Below are positions 27,264 through 53,890 of a stretch of 64,000 nucleotides of DNA, in pieces. Under the pieces are notes generated by a model. That model was not told the origin of the DNA. It ran no database searches and was given only the letters and a program-made list of their open reading frames with translations. Origin of the DNA: Trichoplax sp. H2. Lineage: Eukaryota. Positions within the stretch are counted from its first letter, which is position 1; each line of letters opens with the position of its first letter. The DNA is taken from assembly GCA_003344405.1 (NCBI GenBank), contig NOWV01000020.1:248001-312000 (forward strand), read 5' to 3'. Both the position numbers and the translations under genes were made by a program.

Positions 27264-28379
27264 TCACTACAACACAGTCGATGTGGGGCTGAGTCCAATG
27301 GCTGTCCATCGGGTGGAGGGCTGCCATACGGTACTACCGCACTGTCGTGTAGCCTATTCAGTACTCTAGAGGAAAGCTTTTCTTATAGATTTACCTTAAT
27401 CTAGTTTAGTCTACTATACCTTTATTTGCTGCCTCCAAAGTACTAAGTACAGTAGCATACAGTGTACAGTACTCCTTGGTACTGTAGAAAATTGAGATCG
27501 CTACCGGGAGTGGGTCTACTGTACGTCTTCGAAAAATCTTTTTTTACCTCCATGGTGTAGCGCATAAAATAAAATGAAACTTTAATTGAATTTATTGAGC
27601 GTTATTTTTTCAAAAATAACGCTAATTATTATTCCTTTCTTACTTACAGATATGGAACACGATATTGAAGAACTTTGAATCTATGAGAACATTAAAATAA
27701 TACCAGCCCGGCCGGTAGTACCATGCACTAGAAGAAGGCCTGATCACTCTTGGACGGACAGACACTGCTGGCTTCTCGCATCAAAATATTGTGTCAAACA
27801 GTTGGTTATGGGAGTACTTTAGTTGATTTTGAATTGACTCATGTTTTCTCAATTGAGTAACATTGCATCGAATCTCCTTTATTTGCTACAAAGTTCTGCT
27901 TAAAGCAAGTTCTATAAGATCATAGACGCTATTTAAATTAGTCCCTGTAATTTAGAAAAGAGACATGGAACATCTATACTACTATACAGTAAGTAGTCAT
28001 TTTTCGGCGCCCTCATTGGGGAAGAAAAATCCGTCTGTCCGAGAGAGAGAGAGTCCACAGTTCTTCTTCTAGTACTACGCGTGACACGACTTGCGCAGAT
28101 GGACCACGAAAACGTTTCCTTCTAGTGGTCCGTGATACTATACAGACAGACAGTACGTACGGTACAGCGGCTCTCTTCTTCGGTTTTCTTGCCATTACCG
28201 TACTATACCGTACGTCCAGTTAGCATGGCACTGCACGCATACGCGCCCAATTCTGACCAGTGGAACAGATCGATTACTATGCTACCTTGAGTCATACATC
28301 AGCACAATCGCTCGCTGCTCATCGCCATCGCTCGAGCAAACTCATTGCGCATAGAGGAGACTCACTTGCACGTGTCCAA

Positions 28380-28419
28380 CCTCTTCTTTTACCATCGTGA
28401 ACAGAGTGGCAACGAAAAG
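28380..28419 (+). promoter_or_regulatory. Putative RPS16 TSS / 5'TOP (TCT-type) non-coding first exon
   Basis: Pyrimidine tract CCTCTTCTTTT at 28380 followed by donor AAG|GTAAAG at 28420. The RPS16 ATG (30038) is immediately preceded by a polypyrimidine tract and AG acceptor. Confidence 0.65.
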
Positions 28420-30037
28420 GTAAAGGAGCAAGTTGAAATTCTTTTTTTTCCAACTTCAGCGGTCATTGACTTGGTTGAAATGGCATTTTTCCATGTTATA
28501 AGCTTGAGTACATTGAAATGATATCGATTATGATCACTTTTATGCGTTAATTCATGAAAAATTTTGCCAATTTTCGTCGTTGGCGTTCTGCAGCGCGATC
28601 GGTCCATCGCTTCACCCTGACTAGTGACTACCCAAGCGAGGCTGACCGTACCATACCGTTGCCTAGTAATGACAGTTTGATTTGCAGCTTATCCATTGCG
28701 ATCTCATGGACACCCATTTCATTTACCTTGCTTGATCGATTTGGATGGCTATCCGGTCGATTATCCATGCTCTAAACGACTATTATCCATCATGGCCTTG
28801 TCTGTCTTACCTTTTCATCAAAAATTGCTTTGATCCAATCGAAAATACGCCTAGTCTAACTTATTAAATCGCCTTAAATTGACTACTATCTTTGCAAAAC
28901 TTCTACTCTACCATGGTGTCTTCATTTTCAACAACGTTAATTTCGTATTCTCCCTTCATTTGACAGCTTGAGAGAAAGTTGGTGATAGTTATTTTATCTT
29001 GGAAATCTTTCTTTTTAGAGTACTACTAGTACCCTGTTTAGTAGACAGTACATCTTTGATGCAGTTAGTGAGTTCAATGAATCTCCAGTTCGATCGCATC
29101 GAATCATCAGCTTACACTAGACTCCTATTCTTGGTAAATTACCATCAAATTCCTTCTGCCTATCTTAGTTTTTACCTTGTTTATTTCTATCCACTTTAAA
29201 CGAATCAGTCATTAGCTTACAGTAGATTCGTATATCTTCTTGATGGATGGGCAATCAATTTATCCTTGCTAGTATGACTGTCTTTCTTTCAAACTTCTTT
29301 ATAGTCCACGGAATCGATCGTCAGTTTAAAACGAGCTGACTTTTTTACCTATAAAAAGATTTCTCCTTTTCAATTTTGATCTTGTAATTAATTTCTCGTC
29401 TTTTTTATTTCGAACACAGTAAAAGAAACCGAAAGTCAGCTTACGGTAAAATTGTTCTTCTTCTTGATGAATTAATAACAAATTTGTCCTTACTACTCTG
29501 CTTAATTCTCCTTCAAATTGCTTTACGCGTACATACGAGTCAGCGAAATCGGTCACCAGTTAACCCTAAACTAGATGAGTTTTCCGCTTGTGAAAACGTT
29601 TCTGCTTCCTAACTTTTGATCGCTCAATTTCTCCTCTTCGTAATATGCTATGCAATTAATGGAATGCGTCATCAATTTACAGTAGATTAAATTACTATCG
29701 TTTAAATAGGGACTTTGCATCAAGTCAAATTTGAAATCTTCCAGTTACTCTTATGATTATGCGTCCTTCCTCTTAATACACATTTTGTCCTATCCATTAG
29801 ACAATAATTAATCATCAACTTATGATACATCTATTTTCGCCTTAAAAAACATTTCTTTTTTATTTCGTATTATGTAACATTTTTAGCTATACTTGGCTGA
29901 CACTATTCTGTATAGAGCAAATAGAAATAATCAATCATATCATGAACTTATCGCAACATTTTTCATCTTTTAAGAAGGACTTAGCTGCTCGCAATAGTCT
30001 GATTATCTCTCCTTTTCTTTTCTTAATGAAATTATAG

Positions 30038-31092
<1,055 letters not shown>

Positions 31093-32059
31093 AGTGGCAC
31101 ATACTTGGAATATCTTCTGTATAGTAGTAATCTACTTCTTAGATTGGTCTTCTTCAACGTATTAATATACAAAATATACAAATAAAAAAATTTCTGTTCT
31201 ATTCTTGTGCTTACTCTTTGCTTGGGCTAGCTTTCGCTTTAATAATCTCCAGCATACTTTAGTATTACAGTGAAAATCAATTTGTGACTAATTGAGTTAG
31301 GATAAGTTAAAAATTTAATTTACGTGCGGATGGGTATAGAATGCAGCTGCTTGTTAAGACCCATGAGAGCTAATGAACGAGCGATGAGCATAAAAATAAA
31401 CTCGACGATCAGTAGTCAATTATCTACCACCTTTTGGCATTGCAAAGCGATGTATTATCGCTCTAGATTTGATCAACCTACAACCATAAGGTCACAAACT
31501 CGTTGCCACTTTCAAAAGGCATATTTCTTATTCGTCTAGCACAAACACTGCCGTTCGTTGTCCAGAGTGTACTGTATATTCATTCCGAATTGATCTTACG
31601 ACATAGCGGTTAAATACGTAAATGTAACAACTTAAATGCTTCAGATATAGGTATTACCGCCAATAACTTAGTTTATTATTACTAGGAGACGCCATGATAT
31701 TAATATTTATTTATTAGATCTACAAATTGTTGTAAAGAGCACATAAAACTAATTTTTTCCATAACATGACGCCGTTGTACAATATTCGTACAAATCTGAT
31801 CTAATATATTAGCCAAGTAAACTAATCGTTACACTACCGAGTATACTGGAATAAAATATATCGCTAATAGCAGAATATGCGCACCTATCTTTAATACTTC
31901 TTAGTAATTTAGCGATATCAGAGTTTGTTAATCAGCTAAAATAACATCACATTAATATTTTGCATGCTAAATTCAAAAGTTGCTGTTAGCAATCTTCAGG
32001 TATACGATGTTAGCGTCGATAGGGGGAGGGGCGCCAATTAAATGAGCAGTTTAACCAGG

Positions 32060-35000
32060 TTATAACATGCTTGTCTGTTTTGGCAATTCCACAATAATTT
32101 TGCCTTTATTTTTTCCAGAGTACATGTACTACGTGGTAGTAAAAGATCGCGGTAAGTCAAGTTGCACTAAATAATGATTTATAAGTAAAAGAAAAAGTGC
32201 TATAATAACTAAGCTATCTGTAAAACAGGATCGAACTTACATCAATTGCTTCAGCAATTGAGTCTAGGCCTTTGTAATGAACTTGTTGACCTAAATCTAC
32301 AGAGGATTTTAACTCTGCACGATGATACATGTTTGCCAATTTCTGAAAGTGTTTTCCGTAATGTTTAACGTAATGGAATAATAAAAATCCTCTCAAACTG
32401 GATGATTTGGAGAGCAACTATAAATTGGTAATGACAATGTAAAAAATATAGAATTATTATTAGTCGCGAAGTATTGATCCTTCAGAAATATCAATTAATA
32501 TAAAACTTTATATTGAATTTACACGCGGTGGAATAATAAGATTCCTCGATTTTGAAACACCCTTAGCGGTTTGATAACCAGATATGTATCCGATAACGAT
32601 TAAACGTCCTTTGATAGCCAGACTAAGCAAAAAAAATTGGACCGATAGTTTGATATTTACTTATTCAACTTTATAATTCCGATATTTAAGATCAGCTTAC
32701 GGATACTACAGCAAACTAAAGCACTTTCGCTATAATTAATATCATAGAGCTAATCCAATATTTATGCTATTTTTTAACTAAAATCTTCTAGATCATGCCA
32801 TAATTGATAATCTTAGATTATGAAGACTAACTTTTCTAAACAAATATTAAACATTTCGGCCCCGATGGATTCATATACGACATCAATGCCTTTTGGATAT
32901 TCCTTTTTCAAAACTTGATCTAGATTTTCTGTTTTATAATTGACTGGACGATCACAACCTATGTTCTACAAGGATATAATCAAAACCCTAGTATCAATAA
33001 TTCGCAAAGAACTTTATTGTAACCTCGTTATATTTTATTATCTATTCTTTACTATTTCTCACATGTACATGGCGCTCTAAATAACTTAAAACTAAGCAGT
33101 TATGTTAATAACTAATAGATATCGATCCATGCTAAATTAGCTGACGAACGATGTTGCGTCGGCTTAAAAGATGCTAATAACTAACATTTCCACTCACAGG
33201 GTTATTAATCTGAATATAGTTAGAAGATCTACGCTAAATATGATAATATTAGTGGAAAATGACCAATTTACTCAGATGCCTTTATGGACAGATACTAAAA
33301 TTATTTTGATCAATATGGTAGAACATTGACGAATTTATTTATGGTTAGGAATGGTAAATTCGACTCTAATGAATTATTGTATCTCTTAGTATAGCAATTC
33401 TAACCCTTAAAAATTCAGCTTTTTCACTGCTGGAGCAGGTTCCGATAACATGACATCCAGCCGCTTTTGCTAATTGAACCTATAATATAATTGTAGATTG
33501 AATTTAGATCGCAGACATCATGGAGCATCATTGTCATTTTACTCCCTAAACCGTAGAATGTATCAGCTCTTTCAAATACTAGTATCACTAAAGGCGCCAA
33601 GACGGTAAGGTAATATCAATAAAATAATCAATTCAATCCAGTCTTTTAATTACTTGTTTGTACATGTTGATGTGTACAGTACTTTCAAATTTGCTAACAT
33701 ATTCATGATTTTACAGCATTCAATTAGTAAAAAATTTAACGTTTTAGAAAGGAATATCCACCAATAGTTGATTCCTGCCGTAAACTGAGTCAAAATACGC
33801 GTCTTTACTATAGTGATTGCAATATCTATCATTAGGAAGTTATTTTAACTTTTCATACTTACTGCAAATTGCCCTGTACCACCAGCAGCAGCTGTAAATG
33901 CAAATCAAGAGGGAGATTAAAATTCTAATTAGCAATGCTGTAATTCAATTCAAGGCCGAGGCATTTACTACTTGAATACTATGAAATTTTCATGATATAT
34001 ATTGCAGTACTACTGTATATACCAATAGTAACCTTACATTTATGTATCTTTAATGCAAAGGGGAATACAAGAAATATTACTTAATCATATTTACTACATT
34101 TATTAAATGAGTTGAAAAGTCTAACACAAAGAATAAATAACGGCTAAAGTTATCATCATCTTACCTGTAACTAAAACAGTCTCACCAGATTTTAGGTCCC
34201 CTAGCTGTGTAATAATAATTATACAATATGTAACTGGTTAATCAAAACATTTTATCTATCCTCATTTAAAATAGTCTCTCATTGGTATGGTATCAAAGAA
34301 AAGTATAGCTCCTTCTTAACGTGCTAAAGATATAACTTAGTGTTTGATTTTCTAAATTTCCTGCATATGAGGGTACGAACGCAGGCTATTTTTCTATTGT
34401 ATTTAGTTTAGGAGTTTGTATAAGATAATTTACCTGATCTAGAGAGATACTTGCTGTCAAACCGCTAACCATAAATGGAATATATTCTGGATTACAACTA
34501 GGTATAGGAAACGCTTCCCTTGCAGGAACTACCATATACTCCGCGAACGAACCATTTTGCATGTATGCGACATGATTGCCAACCTTGAAGTGCCTTTGAC
34601 ATTCGTTGCCAAGTGCCACAATTTCTCCAATAGCCTATTTTAATCAAGTAACGTTGATCGTTTAACTAATCATTCCTATGTTAGATGGTATATAGGTTTA
34701 CTTCCAGCAGTAATGATGCATCGATTAATATATATAATACTATCATCTAGTACAGAATTGAATTTGAAAAAAATAGAAGTAATCTTTACTAGATATGCTC
34801 AATGTGCTATTAAACATTATAATACTATACAACAAAAAAACACAATAAAGACGATCCTATCAATCATTGTACTTAGCTGTAGTAGAAGGAAGAAAAGACA
34901 TATGAAAATATAGTATACGATTAGCAATTAAGAATGGAATATAAAGAAGACTAATGCAATGGTATGACCTCGAAACCAACACCAAATGGCGGCTGTTCAT

Positions 35001-35859
35001 CACCATTGAAATAGCGTCCTGCAGTAAAGTTGATATCCGATGCGTTAATACCCAGGTACCTGAAGAAGAGACAAATTCCAATCAGTATCATCATCGACAA
35101 CTCTTTCAATATTAGCCATAGTAAGACACCATAATCTGCGAATTGATTGGGTGCTATTTACAGAACTATGCTAAGATTGAGCCTGAAGTACGACTACATC
35201 AGTATTTGCAACCAATGGAGCAAGATCGGTTTGATGTTCACGTTTACTCACGACAAGAATATGAACAAGTAATGAAACCATGGAAAACCTAGTGTTGTGA
35301 GTATGTTATCATTGATAGTAAGCTATTAGCAACCAATGAAAGTGTAATAGGCAAGACATACGCGTATTTTATGTGCTCGTGTCGCCATCTTTTATATTAT
35401 ACGCTACTTTTGACTTTTCAATTTCCCTATTGACCTACAGTACAGGTCTAACATGAGCAGGTTTAGCAAGAGTCCTAAGCTAAGTGGAGATAATAGTAAT
35501 GTACAAGCAGAGCCAATCCGTTTTCTATAGTAGTTTAATATCATCACTACTAAATCAGTTCTAAATCTCTATCTCAAGCAATTCACTATTGACTACTTCT
35601 GTTTTTAATCGAATCCTCTCTCTCTCCATCTATGCAGTAATGGCAATGCATGGTAAAAGTAGAGCTGCGCTAGACATGGACATCGATCATACTGACTTTT
35701 GCAGCTATAAATCAACTTCAATTACCTGTTTTTAATCAATAATTCTTTTGCACCAGGATTAACCATTGGAGTATCGACAATTCTAGTTGCCTGGCGGAAG
35801 TCAGGCGAGAATTTTTCGCATAAAATCCGACGAAATGTTCTTGGTAATGCAGCAGCCAT
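32060..35859 (-). CDS. PTGR3: Prostaglandin reductase 3 / ZADH2 (MDR-family NADPH oxidoreductase), about 10 exons
   Basis: [24 protein letters not shown].., [105 protein letters not shown]. Confidence 0.93.
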
Positions 35860-36954
35860 CTTTTACCTTGAAGCTCGAGGACGCTATGAATTGGGGTCTT
35901 GAGCTTTTTCCAATAATAATTTAACACCGATTGCAGTAATCGGGTCAAATCCTATTACTGTCGATGGCCATTTGGGTATCGTACCTAAAGTAAAATAAAT
36001 ACCATTTGGCCAGTCAAGCACGGCCATGAAGTCAACTTTCCATACTGAAAGCTGTCATGACGGCCAATTATTAAGCACTATCGGACGACATAAGGTGATG
36101 GACGCAATCTCCATACGGTAGATAGTATACTGTCGAAAATAGTTGCTCTAAATCCATAGATTACAGTCAAGTGATTGGAAGAAAAAGGTCAAAGGTTAAA
36201 TGGGCTGGTAGCTGTCCGCGCCCCCATATCATGAACCTCCAAGGTCCATGCCCATGTTGACCTAATGCTAATCAATCAATCTATTGCTATGGATTTCTAA
36301 ATTGGCAATTTCCAGGTCTAGAATAAGTATGGATGACTACTGTATCTCATGGTCTATGGACTAAGGCTAATTTCCCATATTGCACAGCTTCTACAATGGA
36401 TGTACGATCTTGATCATCCACCTGTTGAGGTCGTCACCTAAGATCTTGATGAATGATCAATTTCTAGCTAGATGTTGCTAGCTAGGTGCTTATAGTTATG
36501 ATCATAGACTGCTAAAATTGTATTTTAGTAATCCATGATACTGTATGGACAATTGTACATTCACATCTATATCGTCTACGATTGCTTGAGCATCCATAAA
36601 TTGACGAGTTATGTTACGAAGGGCAATCGGCCCACTGATATAGGTAAATTGCGATCCCTACTTTTACCTCTTAGCTTATTGACAGTACTGTTAGTTTCCA
36701 CTCGATATGTGTATCGCGTTGCTATGGTACAGCAGTAACCTACCGAATCACAGTATTATCGCAAATCAATCATGATTACTTTTCTCCTTAACCCATATGC
36801 AATTATGCATGCATGCTTGAATATGCAATACGTTAGCCGGTAATATATTGTATACCACTGTACTCCTGTACAAGGTAGATTACTACGATAACATGCTGCA
36901 TGTGCTAGCGAGCTACTTGTACTGGAGAAACATTGACACGTACACTACTATCTA

Positions 36955-38990
36955 TATTTATACCTAATAGTTAGAACTACTAGAGCTACATTATTACGCT
37001 TATACCTAATGGCTAGAACTTCTAAAGCTACATTATTACGTTTATACGGAATTATACCTAATAGCTAGAACTACTAGTGCTACATTATTGTTACGTCCCT
37101 ATTCCTAATAGCTAGAACTATTAGAGCTACATTATTACGTCCCTATTCCTAATAGCTAGAACTATTAGAGCTACATTATTACATTTATACCTAATAGCTA
37201 GAACTACCAGAGCTACATTGTTACGTTTATACCTAATAACTAGAACTACTAGAGCTACATTATTACATCCCTATTCCTAATAGCTAGAATAACTAGGGCT
37301 ACATTATTACGTCCCTATTCGTAATAAAATAGCGAGCTAAATGCAATATTCACCACCGCATAGATTACTATCCAAGGTTTACTACGTTACTNNNNNNNNN
37401 NNNNNNNNNNNCTACTAGAGCTACATTATTACGCTTATACCTAATAGCTAGAACTACTAAAGCTACATTATTACGTTTATACGAAATTATACCTAATAGC
37501 TAGAACTACTAGAGCTACATTATTGTTACGTCCCTATTCCTAATAGCTAGAACTACTAGAGCTACATTATTACGTCCCTATTCCTAATAGCTAGAACTAT
37601 TAGAGCTACATTATTACGTTTTTACCTAATAGCTAGAACTGCTAGAGCTACATTATTACGTTTTTACCTAATAGCTAGAAGTACTAGAGCTACATTATTA
37701 CATTTTTACCTAATAGCTAGAAGTACTAGAGCTACATTATTACGTTTTTACCTAATAGCTAGAACTGCTAGAGCTACATTATTACGTTTATACCTAATAG
37801 CTAGAACTACTGGAGCTACATTATTACGTTTTTACCTAATAGCTAGAACTACTAGAGCTACATTATTGCGTTTATAACTAATGGCTAGAACTACTAGAGC
37901 AACATTGTTACGTTTATAACTAATAGCTAGAACTACTAGAGCTACATTATTACGTCCCTATTCGTAGTAAAGTAGCGAGCTAAATGCAATATTCACCACT
38001 GCATAGATTACTATCCAAGGTTTACTACGTTACTCGAATTGATACTTACCCCAAGATTCGAGATGGTGCACTGCAAGTCCAAGCCGCTATTTTAAAATTT
38101 TGAAATGCTATATTCACCACCGCGTAGATTACTATCAACTATTCCTACATCTGCTGTGACACCGATAAAGCATGCTCCTGCATACGATTGGAATAGCCGA
38201 GACATCAATATAATACATAACAGTATTTGTCAGTTTAATGTCCATTTACAATAACGAAAATCATGTACATTCTCGTATTTATACATCTACGATTCCCAAA
38301 ACACACATATAGAACAACATAAAACACACGTATCTAACCTAAGCACAATATTAGAGACTCGAAATATGTGGTAAAAAATGTCGCTAAATATGAATCCCAG
38401 CTTAATTCTGAAGCCGATAACTAATCTCATAAAATCTCGGCTGCTAATAGGAATCAACTTCCGTAGGGGCAAATAGTCAAACCAAAAATTACAAAAGGCT
38501 TCCAGATACTGTACATTTATATCCTTAACATGAAGTCAAATCCATTACATTAACACACCTGATATAACAGTACAGTAAAAAATATCGNNNNNNNNNNNNN
38601 NNNNNNNAATAGCTAGAACTATTAGAGCTACATTATTACGTCCCTATTCCTAATAGCTAGAACTATTAGAGCTACATTATTACGTTTTTACCTAATAGCT
38701 AGAACTGCTAGAGCTACATTATTACGTTTATACCTAATAGCTGGAACTACTAGAGCTACATTATTACGTTTATACCTAATAGCTAGAACTGCTAGAGCTA
38801 CATTATTACGTCCCTATTCCTAATAGCTAGAGCTACAAGAGCTACATTGTTACATTTATACCTAATAGCTAGAACTACCAGAGCTACATTGTTACGTTTA
38901 TACCTAATAACTAGAACTACTAGAGCTACATTATTACATCCCTATTCCTAATAGCTAGAATAACTAGGGCTACATTATTACGTCCCTATT
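36955..38990. repeat. 42-bp minisatellite (CCTAATAGCTAGAACTACTAGAGCTACATTATTACGTTTATA)n in three stretches, interrupted by N gaps and a unique block
   Basis: Arrays at ~36955-37320, ~37412-37965 and ~38608-38990. 20-N gaps at 37392-37411 and 38588-38607. Confidence 0.97.
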
Positions 38991-39615
38991 CGTAATAAAA
39001 TAGCGAGCTAAATGCAATATTCACCACCGCATAGATTACTATCCAAGGTTTACTACGTTACTCGAATTGATACTTATCCCAAGATTCGAGATGGTGCACT
39101 ACAAGTCCAAGCCGCTATTTTAAAATTTTGAAATGCTATATTCACCACCGCGTAGATTACTATCAACTATTCCTACATCTGCTGTGACACCGATAAAGCA
39201 TGCTCCTGCATACGATTGGAATAGCCGAGACATCAATATAATACATAACAGTATTTGTCAGTTTAATGTCCATTTACAATAACGAAAATCATGTACATTC
39301 TCGTATTTATACATCTACGATTCCCAAAACACACATATAGAACAACATAAAACACACGTATCTAACCTAAGCACAATATTAGAGACTCGAAATATGTGGT
39401 AAAAAATGTCGCTAAATATGAATCCCAGCTTAATTCTGAAGCCGATAACTAATCTCATAAAATCTCGGCTGCTAATAGGAATCAACTTCCATAGGGGCAA
39501 ATAGTCAAACCAAAAATTACAAAAGGCTTCCAGATACTGTACATTTATATCCTTAACATGAAGTCAAATCCATTACATTAACACACCTGATATAACAGTA
39601 CAGTAAAAAATATCG
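37960..39615. repeat. Near-identical ~630-bp duplicated block (37960-38587 vs 38988-39615), downstream of CKAP5
   Basis: Offset 1028 bp, only scattered single-base differences (e.g. CCGTAGG vs CCATAGG). The first copy ends exactly at an N gap. Confidence 0.9.
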
Positions 39616-39672
39616 CTATCTACAACAAGGTCACAGAAAGCCATTATTACAGTCTTAAAGCTACATAGAATG

Positions 39673-50947
<11,275 letters not shown>

Positions 50948-52519
50948 AATATCGTGCTGTGGTATAGTAATATAACAGGATTTTTATTAGTTTGATTTAC
51001 ATTTTACGGATTCTTACACTCTAGAAATTTGTGCGGTAATGGTAATCATTGAAGTTTATCTTACTACTACCACATTAACATCGCAATATTCAATCATTTC
51101 ATGGAGAAATTTGGCTATTAAAACTCGTTGTATAACATCCAAATACCAAATATTTACATTAATCTTTATCGTAGTCTCGACAACTGATGTTTCAACTATG
51201 AGTTTTGGGCTTTCGGTATTATTATTTTTAAGCAACATCATTGTCTACGGCCATTACACGATTGTAAGTCACATAAATACGCACCTAGGCAGTGTATGGG
51301 CAATGCAAGAGGTGTTCAGTGCACCGAATGTTATTCTAATTTGTCATTGACAGATTACAAATGACGTTGATGCACTAATAAGTATGGCAATGAGAAAAAG
51401 ATAGCTACACATGGTGTCTATAGACACTGTCGAAATAGTACATATTCTAGAATTGGCAATTTTCATTGGAGTAGGCCAGTAGTTACAAGATTGATTTACT
51501 TTATCCTCTTTGTAAACATTGTACTGCTTAATGGATTAGTAGTTGGTAATGATGCTACTAAGTGATTCTTTACTGTTTGTAATCATTTTTTTCAATCCGA
51601 ATAATAGCTAAAATCAAGGTGATAATAATCTATCGCACTTTTTATCCTGTTATTGCATACTGTATATTGTACTTTTCCATTTCCCTATCATTAATTGAAC
51701 AAGTCATTACCGTATTAGATGGCCTGATGGCTACATGTATTCGGTATCTCCCGATGCGAATGTAAGAGGTAATGTAATACATCATTATGCATGAGTAGAT
51801 GAGTGAACGTTAGGAGTTGTGGTAGAGATGTCCAATCACTATAATGTAACGTAAAATTGGACCTATATTTCCCACTCAATGAATTGATTCGTTTATTCTT
51901 TTCATCGAGCTGACCACACTGTGTTGTAAATTAGGATAAAAATTTTGAATAAAGCATGTAGGGCTAGAATCATATAAAGTATCTCATTGCATGGAACAGC
52001 CATTATTTATGGATAGAGCACAGTTTAGTCGTTCGCCTAGCGTATTAGTATCAAGATGGCTTAAGCATGGGTACGGTATTTTCCTGTAACTTGTAGTAAA
52101 GTAATATTATCATCCAAAACAGTAACATTATTTCGTATAATTACGTATTTGTGATTGATTAGTTCATCAAACTGAGATGTCGCAATGATTAAACTTTCAA
52201 TGTCTAACGCTTTGATTGAAGTAGTCAACATAGAATCGTTATTAATTTATATTGAAGTAGAATATTGTCGATGTTACAGAAGACCTAAAATTGAAATTGT
52301 ATTTTTACGTATCGTCAATTGTGCAATTATACAAATAAAGTGCTCAGAGTCGATCGAATCAGGCGTTATCATGTAATACAGATCAATAATACTGCAGTAC
52401 AATTAATGTCAAACAAGAAGGGATGGTATAAATAAACTTTGCAGCTTTACCTTAACACGTTGCTAATACTCGTACACGAAGAGTATCATGATTTACTATC
52501 CTGAAATTGATGGATTTTT

Positions 52520-53890
52520 GATCCTATTGTCATATATATCAATCTACGCATATACTGAAGTTAGGCATATTTTTTGGAGATAGAAATAGCGTATGTCGAC
52601 GATTTATAGCTTTTTGTACACTGTACAGTCATAGGCAATTTAGCAATCCATGCTACAGTACTGTATATCGTAAATTTTGCGCTTGTTAACGGTTGGAGTT
52701 GGCTTGATTTTTGTACAGGATAGGTGACATTTTAGTTTGAAATTGTAAAGTTTCGCTTAAGATCGTATGTACTGTAGGAGTGTCCAGGCTCATTTTTGAG
52801 ATGGGGACAATTTAGGGTAGAGACCCTGTATGTTAATAATTTATAGCCAATAATACCGATATACTCGAATTGTGAAATTTACTTTTACAATTAAATAGAA
52901 TTTTAAACAGGATGGGAGATATGACAATTGGAAATCACATGAATATCGTGTAAGGTCATTTTTTTAGAAATGGGTAGGCTACTTTTTGAGATAGAAAGAG
53001 AATCTATGACCAATTTTGCGCTAGTTCAATGACCGCAGTCAATGGATTTTTGTCCAGGGTAGAAACATTACTATTAGAAATTGCAATAGTATCCTATCTT
53101 GTAAAATCATTTGTAGGAGTGTGTAAGCTAACTTTTGAGAATTAGCCTAAGGCAGACACCTAGTATGTTTGTAGAAGGCTTGTAATCTCAAGTCTATCGC
53201 GCATTTTGTGCTCGTTGACAATTGCAGTCAGTGGATTTTTGGGTACAGGATAAGCGACATTCTAACTAGAAGGTACAAGAATACGATGAATGTCATTTGT
53301 AGCAGTCTCTAGACTAACTTTTGAGAACTGGCCTAAGGCAGACACCTAGTACAATATGTGGAAGGCTTGTAATCTCAAGTCTATCGTGCATTTTGTGCTC
53401 GTTGACAATTGCAGTCAGTGGATTTTGGGGTACAGGATAAGCGACATTCTAACTAGAAGGTACAAGAATACGATGAATGTCATTTGTAGCAGTCTCTAGA
53501 CTAACTTTTGAGAACTAGCCTAAGGCAGACACCTAGTATGTTTGTAGAAGGCTTGTAATCTCAAGTCTATCGTGAATTTTGTGCTCGTTGACAATTGCAG
53601 TCAGTGGATTTTTGGGTACAGGATAAGCGACATTCTAACTAGCACATCATGAGTACAAGAATACGATGAATGTCATTTGTAGCAGTCTCTAGACTAACTT
53701 TTGAGAACTGGCCTAAGGCAGACACCTAGTACAGTATGTGAAAGGCTTGTAATCTAAAATCTATCGGGAATTTTGTGCTCGTTGGCTTTTGCAGTCCGTC
53801 GATTTTTTCATACAGGATAAGCGCCATTGCAACTAGGAAGCTACAAGAATACGCTAAATATCATTTGTAGGAGTGTCCAGGCTACATATG
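52520..53890. repeat. ~187-bp tandem array (4 conserved units plus degenerate upstream units)
   Basis: GCCTAAGGCAGACACCTAGT at 53145, 53331, 53518 and 53711. Decayed units at 52520-53100. Confidence 0.92.

Noticed and set aside
36955..38990. Regular 42-bp repeats as a CRISPR array
   Set aside because: Units are head-to-tail with no unique spacers, there are no cas genes, and the context is eukaryotic. It is a minisatellite.
38287..39500. Duplicated 61-aa ORFs (MPLRKLIP.. / MPLWKLIP..)
   Set aside because: They start at TTG, lie in the duplicated region downstream of CKAP5, and have no recognisable homology.
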